64,000 nt of DNA from an uncultured Bacteroidota bacterium (GCA_947084835.1 CAMTUB010000014.1:72924-136923); one strand, 5' to 3'; shown: positions 8,952 to 19,482, counted from the first letter of the stretch. Numbers and translations are program-made. Notes: generated from the sequence alone by a model not told the origin.

Positions 8952-8991
8952 AAACGGCATACCTTATTAGTAATTAATAAGATATGCCGTT
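8952..8991 (-). terminator. Intrinsic terminator downstream of the DUF349 gene
   Basis: Minus strand: ACGGCATA-(CTTATTA..TAATAAG inner stem)-TATGCCGT followed by TTTTTT. Confidence 0.55.
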
Positions 8992-8996
8992 AAGAA

Positions 8997-10940
8997 TTAA
9001 AATGTTTTAAGAATTTTTAATTTTTCTTTTAAGCTAACTAGCTCTTCTTTTGCTTTAGCTATTTTTAGATCAATCTCTTTACGTAATGCATCCGCATTTT
9101 TAGATGCAGAGAAAAATTCTTTATTGTTTTCCCATAAAGCAATGTCGTTTTCGATGTTTGAAATACGCACCATAAGCTCTCTGTGTTCCTTTTTTAAGAA
9201 TTTATTACCATCATCTGAATGACTAATGGTTTCTAAACGACTTTGATATTTAATTTTTGACTTTTCAAGTTGGTTTAACTTCAATGCATCAAAATGATTA
9301 TTTACTGCAGCTCTGTAACGCTCTTGAAGGTCTTTTTTCTGTTTAATAGGAACAAATCCTATTTCCATCCAGCGTTGCTGTAAAGCTTTAAGCGTATCAA
9401 TATCATCAGAAGAATTTCCGGTTAACTGAAAATTTTCCACTTCATCGATAATTTTCAGCTTAAGCTCAAGGTTTTCTTCTTGGTTAGTATCTTGACCAGC
9501 AAAGTGTTCGTTTTTACGGTTGAAAAAAGAATCACACGCAGCTCTGAAGCGGTGCCATAGCTTGTCAGAATGCTTTTTAGAAATTGGACCAACCTTTTTC
9601 CACTCTGCTTGTAATTTTATGAATTCGTTTGCGGTTGACTTCCAATCTTCATTGGTTGCAAGCTCTTCAGCTTTCTCGCACAATTGAACTTTTTCGTTAA
9701 GATTTTTGCTTTGATCATCTCTTAACGACTTGTAATGAAGGTTTTTTGCTGTAAAAAAATCGTCACAAGCAGCCTTAAATCTCGACCAAATTTCGTTGTT
9801 TACGTTCTTCGGTGCAAAACCAATTTCTTTCCATTGTTCTTGAAATGCAAGAATACCTTGGGTCATGGTTGTCCATTCTTGGTGATTGGTTGGTTTGTTT
9901 TTAACTAACTCTTCAACCTGTTCGCAAATAGCTTGTTTTGCATTTAAGTTTCCTTCTCTTTGATCATTTAAAGAGTTATAGAATATTTTACGCTTATCGT
10001 AAATTCTGTCTGAAGCTGCTTTAAATCGCAACCAAACTTCTTCTTTTTTATCGCGAACAACTGGGCCAATTTCTTTCCATTGCTCGTGTAAACGGTTTAA
10101 GCTATCAACGCTTTTCTTTATTGAATCTTCAGCAATAAGTTTTTCTGCTTCTACACAAAGCTCAATTTTTAGGTCGAGATTCTTTTGCATATCAAGCAAC
10201 ATCAACTCGCGACTAATTTTTAATTGATCGTAACAACGGTCAATTAAAGAGTGAAATGTTTTGTAAAGATCGTCCGCCTCTTCTTTTTGAACTGGACCAA
10301 TTGCTTTCCATTCAGCTTGGATTTCTTTTAAAAGATCATAATTTGCATTATTGTCTTCTCCTTCTGAAAGTGATTTCAGTTTATTATTTAATGCCTTTTT
10401 CTTTTCTAGATTGTTTTTTCTAAAAGTTTCAATGGCTTCTTTTTCAAGTTTCAATCGTTTTCTGTATGCATTTTGCAAAGCAGAAAATTCAATTTCAATT
10501 TCAGATTTAACTGGAGTTGGAGTTACCTCTTCTGTTGTTTCTTCAGTTTCGGTAATATCCTGAACTTGGCTTGCTGCCAATTCTTTTTCAGCAATGATTT
10601 TCTGAACAATGGCTTTTCCTAATGTTCCGATGTTTGCTTTTTTACCTTCTAGAATTTCTGAAGTTGATAAATGAGCATATTCAGTAACTAAAAATCTAAT
10701 ATCTTTAGTTAAATACTCTTCAAGGGTATGAAGGCTTTCGTCTTCATCAATGCCTTCATCAGCAATGGCTTCTGTTTCGATATGATGTTCTTGTACATCA
10801 GTATCAGGAGTAATAGTTTCGCTTTCAGTACTATCTGCTTGTATGTCAGAAGTTTGAAGGTTGGAAGGGGCAATATTATCCGTGTCCATTTCGTTGGCCG
10901 GCTGATTCATTTCTTCCTGTGAAAGATTGTTAGTGCTCAT
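8997..10940 (-). CDS. DUF349 domain-containing protein
   Basis: Acidic N-terminus, then five ~75-aa repeats of W(K/M)EIGPV...W.RF(K/R)AA.D.FF. The track start at 10943 is TTG; the adjacent ATG at 10940 is preferred. Confidence 0.8.
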   Translation of the reverse strand: MSTNNLSQEEMNQPANEMDTDNIAPSNLQTSDIQADSTESETITPDTDVQEHHIETEAIADEGIDEDESLHTLEEYLTKDIRFLVTEYAHLSTSEILEGKKANIGTLGKAIVQKIIAEKELAASQVQDITETEETTEEVTPTPVKSEIEIEFSALQNAYRKRLKLEKEAIETFRKNNLEKKKALNNKLKSLSEGEDNNANYDLLKEIQAEWKAIGPVQKEEADDLYKTFHSLIDRCYDQLKISRELMLLDMQKNLDLKIELCVEAEKLIAEDSIKKSVDSLNRLHEQWKEIGPVVRDKKEEVWLRFKAASDRIYDKRKIFYNSLNDQREGNLNAKQAICEQVEELVKNKPTNHQEWTTMTQGILAFQEQWKEIGFAPKNVNNEIWSRFKAACDDFFTAKNLHYKSLRDDQSKNLNEKVQLCEKAEELATNEDWKSTANEFIKLQAEWKKVGPISKKHSDKLWHRFRAACDSFFNRKNEHFAGQDTNQEENLELKLKIIDEVENFQLTGNSSDDIDTLKALQQRWMEIGFVPIKQKKDLQERYRAAVNNHFDALKLNQLEKSKIKYQSRLETISHSDDGNKFLKKEHRELMVRISNIENDIALWENNKEFFSASKNADALRKEIDLKIAKAKEELVSLKEKLKILKTF

Positions 10941-10947
10941 CAATTTG

Positions 10948-10955
10948 TAATTTTG
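10948..10955 (+). promoter_or_regulatory. Candidate Bacteroidota -7 box (TAnnTTTG) upstream of the HMG-CoA lyase gene
   Basis: TAATTTTG lies 45 nt upstream of ATG 11000. Confidence 0.3.
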
Positions 10956-10999
10956 CAGTTTGATTGCGCTAAATTAATGATATTAGCGTCTATAATGAA

Positions 11000-11872
11000 A
11001 TGATTAATAACGATATGCCAAAATTGATTGAATGTCCGCGAGATGCAATGCAAGGAATTAAGCAATTTATTCCTACCCAATTGAAGGCAGATTACCTGAA
11101 TTTACTTTTAGAGGTAGGATTTGATACCCTTGATTTTGGAAGTTTTGTATCGCCAAAAGCTATTCCACAATTGGCAGACACTTCGGAAGTTTTATCGAAA
11201 TTAAAATTAGAAAACACAGAAACTAAATTATTAGCTATTGTTGCAAATTTAAAAGGCGTTGAACAAGCTGCCAAATTTGAGCACATTACGTATCAAGGTT
11301 TTCCTTTTTCTATAAGTGAAACATTTCAACAACGGAATACAAATTCAAGTTGTGAAGAAGCGTTTGAGATCGTTAAAAATGCAGTCGAAATAACTTCTAA
11401 AAATAATCAAGAGCTTGTCGTGTATTTATCAATGGGGTTTGGAAATCCATATGGCGATGAGTTTTCTGTAGAAATTGTAGAAAATTGGGCTTTGAAATTG
11501 CGCTCAATTGGAGTTAATGTTTTAGCATTATCAGATACAATTGGAGTGTCCAACTCAACCTCGATAAATACGCTATTAGAATCGCTAAATCAAAAATTAT
11601 CTGATATCGAAATTGGGGTTCATTTGCATACCGAGCCAACAAAATGGTACGAAAAAATGGACTCTGCATGGAAAGCGGGTTGCAAGCGTTTTGATGGAGC
11701 TTTATTAGGATTTGGTGGATGCCCAATGGCCAAAAATGATTTGACAGGAAATATGGCAACCGATAAAATAATATCTTATTTTGTTGAAAATAAAGTAGAT
11801 ATAAATATTAATCAAGAAAAGTTGTTAGATGCCATGGTAATGGCAAATCGGATTTTTACAACCTATCACTAG
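11000..11872 (+). CDS. Hydroxymethylglutaryl-CoA lyase
   Basis: HMGL-like: ECPRDAMQG, ALSDTIGV, GVHLHT, RFDGALLGFGGCP. The start could instead be ATG 11015. Confidence 0.85.
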   Translation: MINNDMPKLIECPRDAMQGIKQFIPTQLKADYLNLLLEVGFDTLDFGSFVSPKAIPQLADTSEVLSKLKLENTETKLLAIVANLKGVEQAAKFEHITYQGFPFSISETFQQRNTNSSCEEAFEIVKNAVEITSKNNQELVVYLSMGFGNPYGDEFSVEIVENWALKLRSIGVNVLALSDTIGVSNSTSINTLLESLNQKLSDIEIGVHLHTEPTKWYEKMDSAWKAGCKRFDGALLGFGGCPMAKNDLTGNMATDKIISYFVENKVDININQEKLLDAMVMANRIFTTYH

Positions 11873-13359
11873 TTTACTATAACCAGTTCGTCTGCTATTT
11901 TTCTATCGTTGCTTAAGCGGGGAACCTTATTTTGTCCGCCCAGTTTTCCAATGCTTTTCATGTAATGTATAAAAGCATTGCTAGGTAAAACTGTAATTTT
12001 TATTGGTCGCAAAATGTTACCAGAAATTAAGTCGGTATAATAGATATTTAATTTACAGAGCTGAAAATCTAACTCCTTTGCAAATGCTTCTAGGTCTGTT
12101 GGTAAAGTGCCAAAAGAGATGAGCCATTCATGATAGGGAAGACCCTCAATTGGATTTACTTGAGGTGCAACCGTATATTCAACTACATCAGCAGTGTGTT
12201 TTTCTAAAGTGAATTGTAATGCTTTTTCTACTTCTTCGCCAATAACATGTTCTCCGAATGCAGAAATGAAATGTTTAATTCGGCCAGTAACTCTGATTTT
12301 ATATGGATTTAATGAGACAAATTTAACTGTATCGCCAATATTATAACCCCAAAGTCCGGCATTTGAATTTATGATTAATACATAGTTTACATTTAAAAGT
12401 ACATTCTCTATTGTAATTCGAGGTGGATTCTCTTCATAATATCTATCTGCAGGTATAAATTCATAAAAAATACCAGAATTTAGAAGTAACAATAAGCCAT
12501 CGTCCTCTTGTGAGTTTTGATAGGCAAAGAAACCTTCACTTGCTGGAAAAAGCTCAACTCCAGGAATTTTTTTACCAATAGTCTCTTCTAATTTCAAGCG
12601 ATAGGGCTCAAAGTTTACGCCACCATAAACCATTAAGTTGAAATTTGGAAATAGTGTAGAAATGGATTTCCCTGTTTTTGAAATCAATCTATCAAAATAC
12701 ATTTGCATCCAGGGTGGAATCCCGCTTATCAAACGCATATCTTGATGTTGTGTTTCTTCAATAATTTTATCAAGTTTAGTTTCCCAATCTTCTATGCAAT
12801 TGGTTGCGTAGGTTGGTAACTGATTGGTTCGTAAATACCCTGGAACGTGGTGGTTAACAATACCAGATAATCTGCCAATATTAATACCTCCTTTTTTTGA
12901 AAGCTCAGGGCTGCCCGATAAGAAAATTAATTTGCCTTCAACAAAAGACGCATTTCCCGTTTCATGGATATAAGCTAGTAATGCATTTTTAGCGCTATTT
13001 ATATGATTTCCAATTGAATCTTTGGTAATGGGAATGTATTTAACACCTGAGGTTGTTCCCGAAGTTTTTGCAAAGTAAATAGGCTTTTGAGGCCAAAGTA
13101 TATTTTCTTTCCCTTCTACAACCTGATTGATGTAAGGTGAAAGTTGTTCATAATCGCGAATTTGAACTTGGCGTTTAAAATCATCGTAAGATTCAATGTC
13201 TTTAAATCCATGATCTGTTCCAAAAACTGTGTTTGATGCTTTTGTAATTAAATTTGAGAAAATTTTATGCTGGGATTCAATAGGCTTTTTTAACCATTTC
13301 AAGTCTTGGTTATGAATGTGCTTTGCGTATTGTTTTGCTAAAAGTGCTTTTAATCCCAT
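11869..13359 (-). CDS. GH3 family (acyl-acid amido synthetase-like) protein
   Basis: 496 aa. FAKTSGTTSGVKYIP adenylation-type motif and GH3-like overall pattern. Confidence 0.8.
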   Translation of the reverse strand: MGLKALLAKQYAKHIHNQDLKWLKKPIESQHKIFSNLITKASNTVFGTDHGFKDIESYDDFKRQVQIRDYEQLSPYINQVVEGKENILWPQKPIYFAKTSGTTSGVKYIPITKDSIGNHINSAKNALLAYIHETGNASFVEGKLIFLSGSPELSKKGGINIGRLSGIVNHHVPGYLRTNQLPTYATNCIEDWETKLDKIIEETQHQDMRLISGIPPWMQMYFDRLISKTGKSISTLFPNFNLMVYGGVNFEPYRLKLEETIGKKIPGVELFPASEGFFAYQNSQEDDGLLLLLNSGIFYEFIPADRYYEENPPRITIENVLLNVNYVLIINSNAGLWGYNIGDTVKFVSLNPYKIRVTGRIKHFISAFGEHVIGEEVEKALQFTLEKHTADVVEYTVAPQVNPIEGLPYHEWLISFGTLPTDLEAFAKELDFQLCKLNIYYTDLISGNILRPIKITVLPSNAFIHYMKSIGKLGGQNKVPRLSNDRKIADELVIVN

Positions 13360-13400
13360 GGTATTGCAAATATAGTTTGAATTAAGAATTGGTTTTAAAC

Positions 13401-13428
13401 AAAAAACGCACCTTTTGGTGCGTTTTTT
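13401..13428 (-). terminator. Intrinsic terminator after the 13444..14088 gene
   Basis: AAAAAACGCACC-TTTT-GGTGCGTTTTTT forms a perfect 8-bp GC-containing stem with U-tracts on both strands. Confidence 0.65.
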
Positions 13429-13443
13429 GTTTAAGTTGCATTT

Positions 13444-14088
13444 TTAATTGCGTTGCATTTTCCCACTTGTAATGCGATCTAACATCGATTTACCCCAAGT
13501 TGGATGAATTTCAGTTGCAGGTACAAAGGCATCAAATTTGCTTTTTGCAGTTTCAAAAATGGGAGTAGCTTTTTCTAAGCCACCACCAAATTGCTCGGGA
13601 GTAAAATATACGCTTTGACCTTCAAGCAAATAAACTCTTGGGTTTTCTGGGTTAAGTTTCTTGCCCTTTTTTAAAAAATCAGCAGCTTCAGCGCCATATA
13701 TTTGCCAGCGTTGCATCGGGTCAACCATTACGCGTAATGAGCTTACCATTGAGCGTAATGTAAATATTTCAGACTGGTCTGGCGTGATTTTATTTGCAGC
13801 CTTAAGGTGCTTTTCTGCCTCATCGCAATATTTGTCTACATTTTCTTTTCCGCCTCTGGCAGCAAGCATGGCATAGCAATAACCTTGGTAATATTCAGGT
13901 AGCCATTCGGTTTTTTCGGCATTTCCGATACGCTGAAGATTATTTGCTATTTCTTGATAAGAGTTAACATTAGAAACAGAATCTAAGCGGCTGATTTCTG
14001 ATTTCATTGCTTTTATGAATTTCTCATTTTGAGCTTGGCTTACAAAAGAGGTTAAAAACAAAAGGCAAACAATTTTTAAAATTTTCAT
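13444..14088 (-). CDS. Hypothetical secreted protein (helical, TPR-like)
   Basis: 214 aa. Signal peptide MKILKIVCLLFLTSFVSQAQ. No enzymatic motif recognised. Confidence 0.5.
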   Translation of the reverse strand: MKILKIVCLLFLTSFVSQAQNEKFIKAMKSEISRLDSVSNVNSYQEIANNLQRIGNAEKTEWLPEYYQGYCYAMLAARGGKENVDKYCDEAEKHLKAANKITPDQSEIFTLRSMVSSLRVMVDPMQRWQIYGAEAADFLKKGKKLNPENPRVYLLEGQSVYFTPEQFGGGLEKATPIFETAKSKFDAFVPATEIHPTWGKSMLDRITSGKMQRN

Positions 14089-14100
14089 AGATATGATGGT

Positions 14101-16250
14101 TTAGTTGTTGTTATTTAAAACTTCTTCTTGGCGGTTTTGTCCAATGCTGATAAATAATCCAGCAAAAAAGAAACGTGGAGCTGGAGGAGTTATTGCAGTT
14201 CTAGTTTGTCCGTCAGCTGAATATCTGTATCCAAAGATTTGGGTATTTCCTAAAACATTAGTTACACTAAGCGCTAAAACGCAAAAAGCTCCACGTACAG
14301 TTCTTAAAACACTAGCATTAAGGCTTAATGATTGAAATGCTGGAGTTTTATCACCCAGAAATATGGGATTATTGGGGTTAAAATATGGCCTACCCGTTGC
14401 ATAAGTATAGGTAGCACCTACCTGTGAATTGATTTTGGATGCAAATTTCTTGAAAACTAAAGTTCCTGTATGCGGAGTTGCAAAGGTTGGCGTTGTTGAC
14501 ATTGGGTAATTCAAATATTGCCTCTTTGTATCCAAAAAGGTGTATGAAACCCAATAATCTACTCCTTTAAAGGTCTTTTTGTCGCGCCAAAACACATCTA
14601 AACCTTGGGCAAATCCTCCACCACGATTATCATAATTAAAAGGGTTATTGTTATCAAAAGTGGTTAGTTTTTTATAGTCTTTGCGGTAGGTTTCAATTCT
14701 TACAGTGTAGTCATCTTTTATCCATTGATAGTTTAGCACGTAATGCGTTGCATTTTCGTAATTCAGATTTTTATCAAAGAATAAATAATTAGTGAGGGGT
14801 TTTTGATAAAAAACGCCATAGGCAAAAGCTACTTGACTATATCCGCCTGTTTTGTAAGAAATAGAAGCCCTTGGTGCAATGTTTGCTTTATTTAGAATGC
14901 TTGAGTTTTCAGATCTTAACCCAATTCTTCCTACCAAACGGTGGTTTAAGTACCAATCAACTTCGGTAAATGCTGCAACTAAATTATCTGTTAATGCTTG
15001 TTTTAAGTTGCTTGCAATTATCGCTCTGCTGTCAAAATATTGTTGATATTCTGCACCAACTCTAAGAATTGAAAGAGAACCCAAGCTTCTACTTAAAACA
15101 CTACGTGTTTGGAACAAATCTGATCTAATTTGATATTGGGTATCGTTGGGTGTAATGTAGTCTTGATTATTGCTAAAGGAACTTCCAGCATTCAAACTCC
15201 ATTTTGAACCAATGGTAGTTTTATAGCTAAGATTCGAATAAATATTGTCGTTTTGTAATTTAAAAGTAGCTGCGCTAGAGTCCGCAACAAAACGCCTCAT
15301 TTTCATCCCTCCTCCATTATAATATCCGTAAAATTTCAATATCCCGTTATTTCCGGTTTTTCTTCTGAAGTAAACAGAGGAACCCACAAATTCTGGAAAT
15401 TTATTGTATGATACATTTTGCTTCACCACACTTAAATAAGGTCCAATATTGGTGTAGTTTGCATCGAATCCGATGCTTGTTTTTTTGTCTTTGCTCAAAT
15501 GAATATAACCTGCACCACCACCAACAACCGATAATGAATAGTTAGATGAAGATTTGTCGGGCATATCTTGGGTTTCTAAAACAAGAACAGACGATAGTGC
15601 TTGACCGTATTGGGCTGAATAGCCACCTGTACTAAAAATGGTGACTTTAAATAAGAAGGGAGAAAATCTACCACGTTGCGCAATATCTGGAGTACTGGCG
15701 TAAAAAGGATTGTTTACTATCATTCCATCAATTAATGTTTTTGCTTCAGTTCCTGCGCCTCCTCTTACAAATAGGCCTTCCTGTTCGCCAATTTGCTGGG
15801 CACCAGGCAAAGTTTTTAAGGCTCCAAAATATCGCCTTGGGCGCTTGCGGTGGTTACAATGTCTAAAGGTTTTAGCATAGCTACACGTTTGCTGTCGCTT
15901 GCTTCAATACTCCCTGTGTTTATGGTTACCGTTTTTAACTCGTTTATTGATTCTTTTAATATGAAATTCAATAAAATTGGTTTACCTGTTAATGATAAAT
16001 CCTGAGATGACATTTCAAAGCCAACCATAGTAGATGTCAGGGTTACTTTTCCAGTATCAGAAGTAGTAAATGAAAATTTCCCCTCCACATCGGTAGAAGT
16101 TCCATCATAACTATCTTTTATAAATACATTAACTCCTGGCATAGGCTTCTTTTTGTTATCTAATACTGTGCCAGAAATTTTTGTAGTTTGAGCATTAACA
16201 AAAAGTGAAGCAGATGATGCTAGTAATGTAAAAAGTACTTTTAATCTCAC
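14101..16250 (-). pseudogene. TonB-dependent receptor (CarboxypepD_reg + plug + barrel) interrupted by a 1-nt frameshift
   Basis: The 144-aa ORF (signal peptide, CarboxypepD_reg, ...TTASAQGDILEP*) and the 569-aa ORF (LPGAQQIGEQEGLFVRGG... to the barrel end) are one gene. Frame +1 reads GALKTLPGAQQ directly after GDI(L/F). The shift lies in the CC/AAAA runs at 15824..15829. Confidence 0.7.
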
Positions 16251-16255
16251 AGAAC

Positions 16256-18571
16256 TTATTTTAATTCTTTTTCAAATAGTTTAAATATACGTTTGTATTC
16301 GTCTAGCCATGAAGATGGCTCTTTAAATCCATGATCTTCAACAGGGTACACGGCTAATTCCCAATTATCTTTTTTTAGTTCAATTAATCGTTGAGACAGT
16401 CTAACAACATCTTGGAAATGTACATTTTCATCCACCATCCCGTGGCACATTAATAAAGATCCTTTTAATCCTTCAGCAAAATAAATCGGTGAACTTTTTA
16501 TGTATGCAAGGCTGTCGGTAGTTGGTTCATTTAAAATATTTGAGGTATATCCATGATTATAATGTGCCCAATCGGTAACTGATCTGAGTGCTGCGCCCGT
16601 TTTGAAAGTCCTGCTTTCGTTAAACATAGCCATCAACGTTATAAAGCCACCATAGCTTCCACCATAAATCCCAATTTTTGACGCATCTACATTTTTAGTT
16701 TCCACTAACCATTTTGCAGCATCTACGTGGTCAGAAAGGTCTTTGCCACCCATATGCCTATAAATGCCAGTTCTCCACTCGGCTCCATAACCAGCGCTGC
16801 CTCTGTAATCAATATCTAAAACGGTATAGCCTTGTTGAACCAAGAAATTATGAAACATGTATTCACGGAAATATTGCGACCACCATTTGTGCGCATTTTG
16901 CAAATAACCAGCACCATGCACAAATATTACTGCAGGCTGTTTAGAGCCCACATTGGATTGGTAAAGTCGGCCATAAATAGTTGCTGTATCCCTAGCTGTT
17001 ATTTTAACTATCTGTGGCGAAATCCATTTTTTTGATAAAAAATCAGGTGAAGCTGTTTGGGTTATTTGAGCTGCTTTTACTCCTGTTTTGTTGGGTGCCA
17101 AATAAATTTCCCAAGGTGTGGTGGCATTTGAATACCTGTAAGCTATAAATAATTCATAAGGTGAAATTGTTGGAAACCAAGCTCCTTCTCTTCCAGATAT
17201 TTTAACCAATCTTCCCCAAGTAAAATCTTTACGGTATAAATGTTGCTCCCCTGGATGTTCGTTGTTTCCTGTTAAATAAAAAGTTTTTTTGTCGTTTGAA
17301 AGCCAACATTCAGAAACCTCCCAATTCCCTGAAGTGAATTCAGAAACCTTATTGTTGGTTAAATTATATGTATAAACATGCGAAAAACCAGTTTTTTCAC
17401 TTTGAAACCAACAATTTTCTGGGTTTATCCAACCTGCATTACCAGTTACCATGTAAAAACTGCCAATTCCTGGTCCACCAATCCAAGCTTCATTATGTTG
17501 ATGTTCTATTAAATTGAACTTACCTAGGGTGTCCATATTAGTAATCCATCGATCTTTATTGTCAAGCGAGCGAATAACAACCAATGCATTTGTTCCGATA
17601 CTATTCCATATAGGAGGGCACATATACACTTCTTTTGGTGATTTTACTGAATCAGGTCTGCCATAATCTAAATTAAATTTTCCTATTTTTAGGATTCCTG
17701 GCAGGAAACTAAAGTCAATTTTTCGCACTGAGTCAGTACCATTAATAAATACAAAGTGCTGATATTTAGCATTTTCTGTACCAACTTTTGCTCGTGTTTT
17801 TGCATTTGAAATCTGGCCATCGGAGGTTATCCAATAAGGAACTTCGGTTGATTTTGAATTTTCTTCAACCACGGTTGAAGCAACTATTAACCAACTGTTT
17901 GGAGAGATGTTTAAATAGTTTAAGCGCCCTTTCCCTAAATAAATTGGTTTGTTTTTTGACTTAGGTTTCGGATCGATGGGTTTATTTTTGAGGTAGTCAA
18001 ATAAATTTAATTGCTGTTGTTCAAGCCATTTATCAGACTCACTTAATTCTTTTTTGCTTGATTCTTTTTCAAAGGTAAAATGCGTGATTTGTCGAGTAGT
18101 GCCTGTGTTTGATTTCCATGAAAACAATTGATTTCCAGACTGATAATAAACTTTATTTCCATCGGGCGAAATAACCGGAGAGAACTCTCTTTGCTGAGTT
18201 ACGGTAATAGGTATAGCTTTTTGACCTGCTCTTTGAAAAATTAAATCTCCATTTGAAGATATAACCATCGTTTTTCTATCGTAACTATAAACAACCTGGG
18301 TTGCTTTTATTAAAGTATCAGGATCTAAGTTTTTTTCAGGTTTAGCTCCTTGGTTTAATGTTAAAGTATAGGTTTGTTGAATAGTATCTAATGGAGATTT
18401 CCATTTATAAATTAAGAATTTACCTTCATATTGCCACTCAGGTTGAGATGGAGGATTTCCCATCCACTTAGGATCCTGCATAATTTTCTCAAGAGTTAAA
18501 TTTTGACCTATCGAATTAGCAGATAATAAAAGGAGCAAAGCAATTAAAAAAGTCGAAATTGAATTATTCAT
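16256..18571 (-). CDS. S9 family serine peptidase (prolyl oligopeptidase/DPP-like), secreted
   Basis: 771 aa. Signal peptide, beta-propeller-like N-terminal region, catalytic GGSYGGF, HGMVDENV and EDHGF. Confidence 0.85.
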   Translation of the reverse strand: MNNSISTFLIALLLLLSANSIGQNLTLEKIMQDPKWMGNPPSQPEWQYEGKFLIYKWKSPLDTIQQTYTLTLNQGAKPEKNLDPDTLIKATQVVYSYDRKTMVISSNGDLIFQRAGQKAIPITVTQQREFSPVISPDGNKVYYQSGNQLFSWKSNTGTTRQITHFTFEKESSKKELSESDKWLEQQQLNLFDYLKNKPIDPKPKSKNKPIYLGKGRLNYLNISPNSWLIVASTVVEENSKSTEVPYWITSDGQISNAKTRAKVGTENAKYQHFVFINGTDSVRKIDFSFLPGILKIGKFNLDYGRPDSVKSPKEVYMCPPIWNSIGTNALVVIRSLDNKDRWITNMDTLGKFNLIEHQHNEAWIGGPGIGSFYMVTGNAGWINPENCWFQSEKTGFSHVYTYNLTNNKVSEFTSGNWEVSECWLSNDKKTFYLTGNNEHPGEQHLYRKDFTWGRLVKISGREGAWFPTISPYELFIAYRYSNATTPWEIYLAPNKTGVKAAQITQTASPDFLSKKWISPQIVKITARDTATIYGRLYQSNVGSKQPAVIFVHGAGYLQNAHKWWSQYFREYMFHNFLVQQGYTVLDIDYRGSAGYGAEWRTGIYRHMGGKDLSDHVDAAKWLVETKNVDASKIGIYGGSYGGFITLMAMFNESRTFKTGAALRSVTDWAHYNHGYTSNILNEPTTDSLAYIKSSPIYFAEGLKGSLLMCHGMVDENVHFQDVVRLSQRLIELKKDNWELAVYPVEDHGFKEPSSWLDEYKRIFKLFEKELK

Positions 18572-19472
18572 GGGTGTTATTTAAATTACTTTTTATTTGT
18601 AAAAGGTTTTGCTGAACTAATTCTTGCATTATGCCTTCTTTTAATCCAATTCCGGATACAGTAATTAGATCAATAGAAAGGGTTTTCATTATAAATAAAT
18701 AGATTTCTGAAGCAGGAATGATTACATCAGCTCTGTTTGGGTTAAATCCTAATTGATAAATTCTATCCCTCAATGATAATCCACTAAAAAAGGTGTATGT
18801 TTCTTTAAAGGTCTTATAGGTAATAAATTTTCCAGTTTTTTGATTTAAATAGTCGAAAACTTTATTGATATTTCCACCAGAACCTAAGATAAAGTCGGGC
18901 TTTACTGGTATAATTTCCTTAGAAATCCATGATTTCATAGCTTTCCAATCGCTATCGTTATCGCAATTGTCCAAAATCCTGACTGTGCCAATAGGGAATG
19001 ATCGAGAAGAGACTCTTTCTTTATTCACCAACAAAGAAATTTCCGTTGATCCACCGCCTACATCAACAAAAACAATTTTTTTGTTCTCTGGGATTTTGTC
19101 TTTGTGTGCCTGAAAAATTAACCTAGCTTCATCTTCACCTGAAATTACATCAATTTTAATTTGAGTGTATTTTTCAATTTCATCAATTATTTCCTTTGAA
19201 TTTGCTGCTTCTCTCAAGGCAGAGGTTGCCACAGCTTTAAATGAGTCAACTTTATACAATTCAATGAGGGATTTAAAGGCAACCATCATTTTAATTAAAT
19301 CGATTCTTTTAGAGTCGATAATTGTACCATGCTGAAAAACACAGTCGCCTAACCTAATAGGAACACGTATGTATTCAACAGTTTTGAATTTTTGTAAAGA
19401 GTTTTTACTGTAAAAACTGCAGATAAATAATCTTGCAGCATTTGATCCGATGTCTATTGCGGCTAAAATCAA
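18564..19472 (-). CDS. ppx: Exopolyphosphatase (Ppx/GppA family)
   Basis: AAIDIGSNAARL and VDVGGGSTE motifs. 302 aa. Confidence 0.8.
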   Translation of the reverse strand: MILAAIDIGSNAARLFICSFYSKNSLQKFKTVEYIRVPIRLGDCVFQHGTIIDSKRIDLIKMMVAFKSLIELYKVDSFKAVATSALREAANSKEIIDEIEKYTQIKIDVISGEDEARLIFQAHKDKIPENKKIVFVDVGGGSTEISLLVNKERVSSRSFPIGTVRILDNCDNDSDWKAMKSWISKEIIPVKPDFILGSGGNINKVFDYLNQKTGKFITYKTFKETYTFFSGLSLRDRIYQLGFNPNRADVIIPASEIYLFIMKTLSIDLITVSGIGLKEGIMQELVQQNLLQIKSNLNNTHE

Positions 19473-19482
19473 TGATGTTAAT

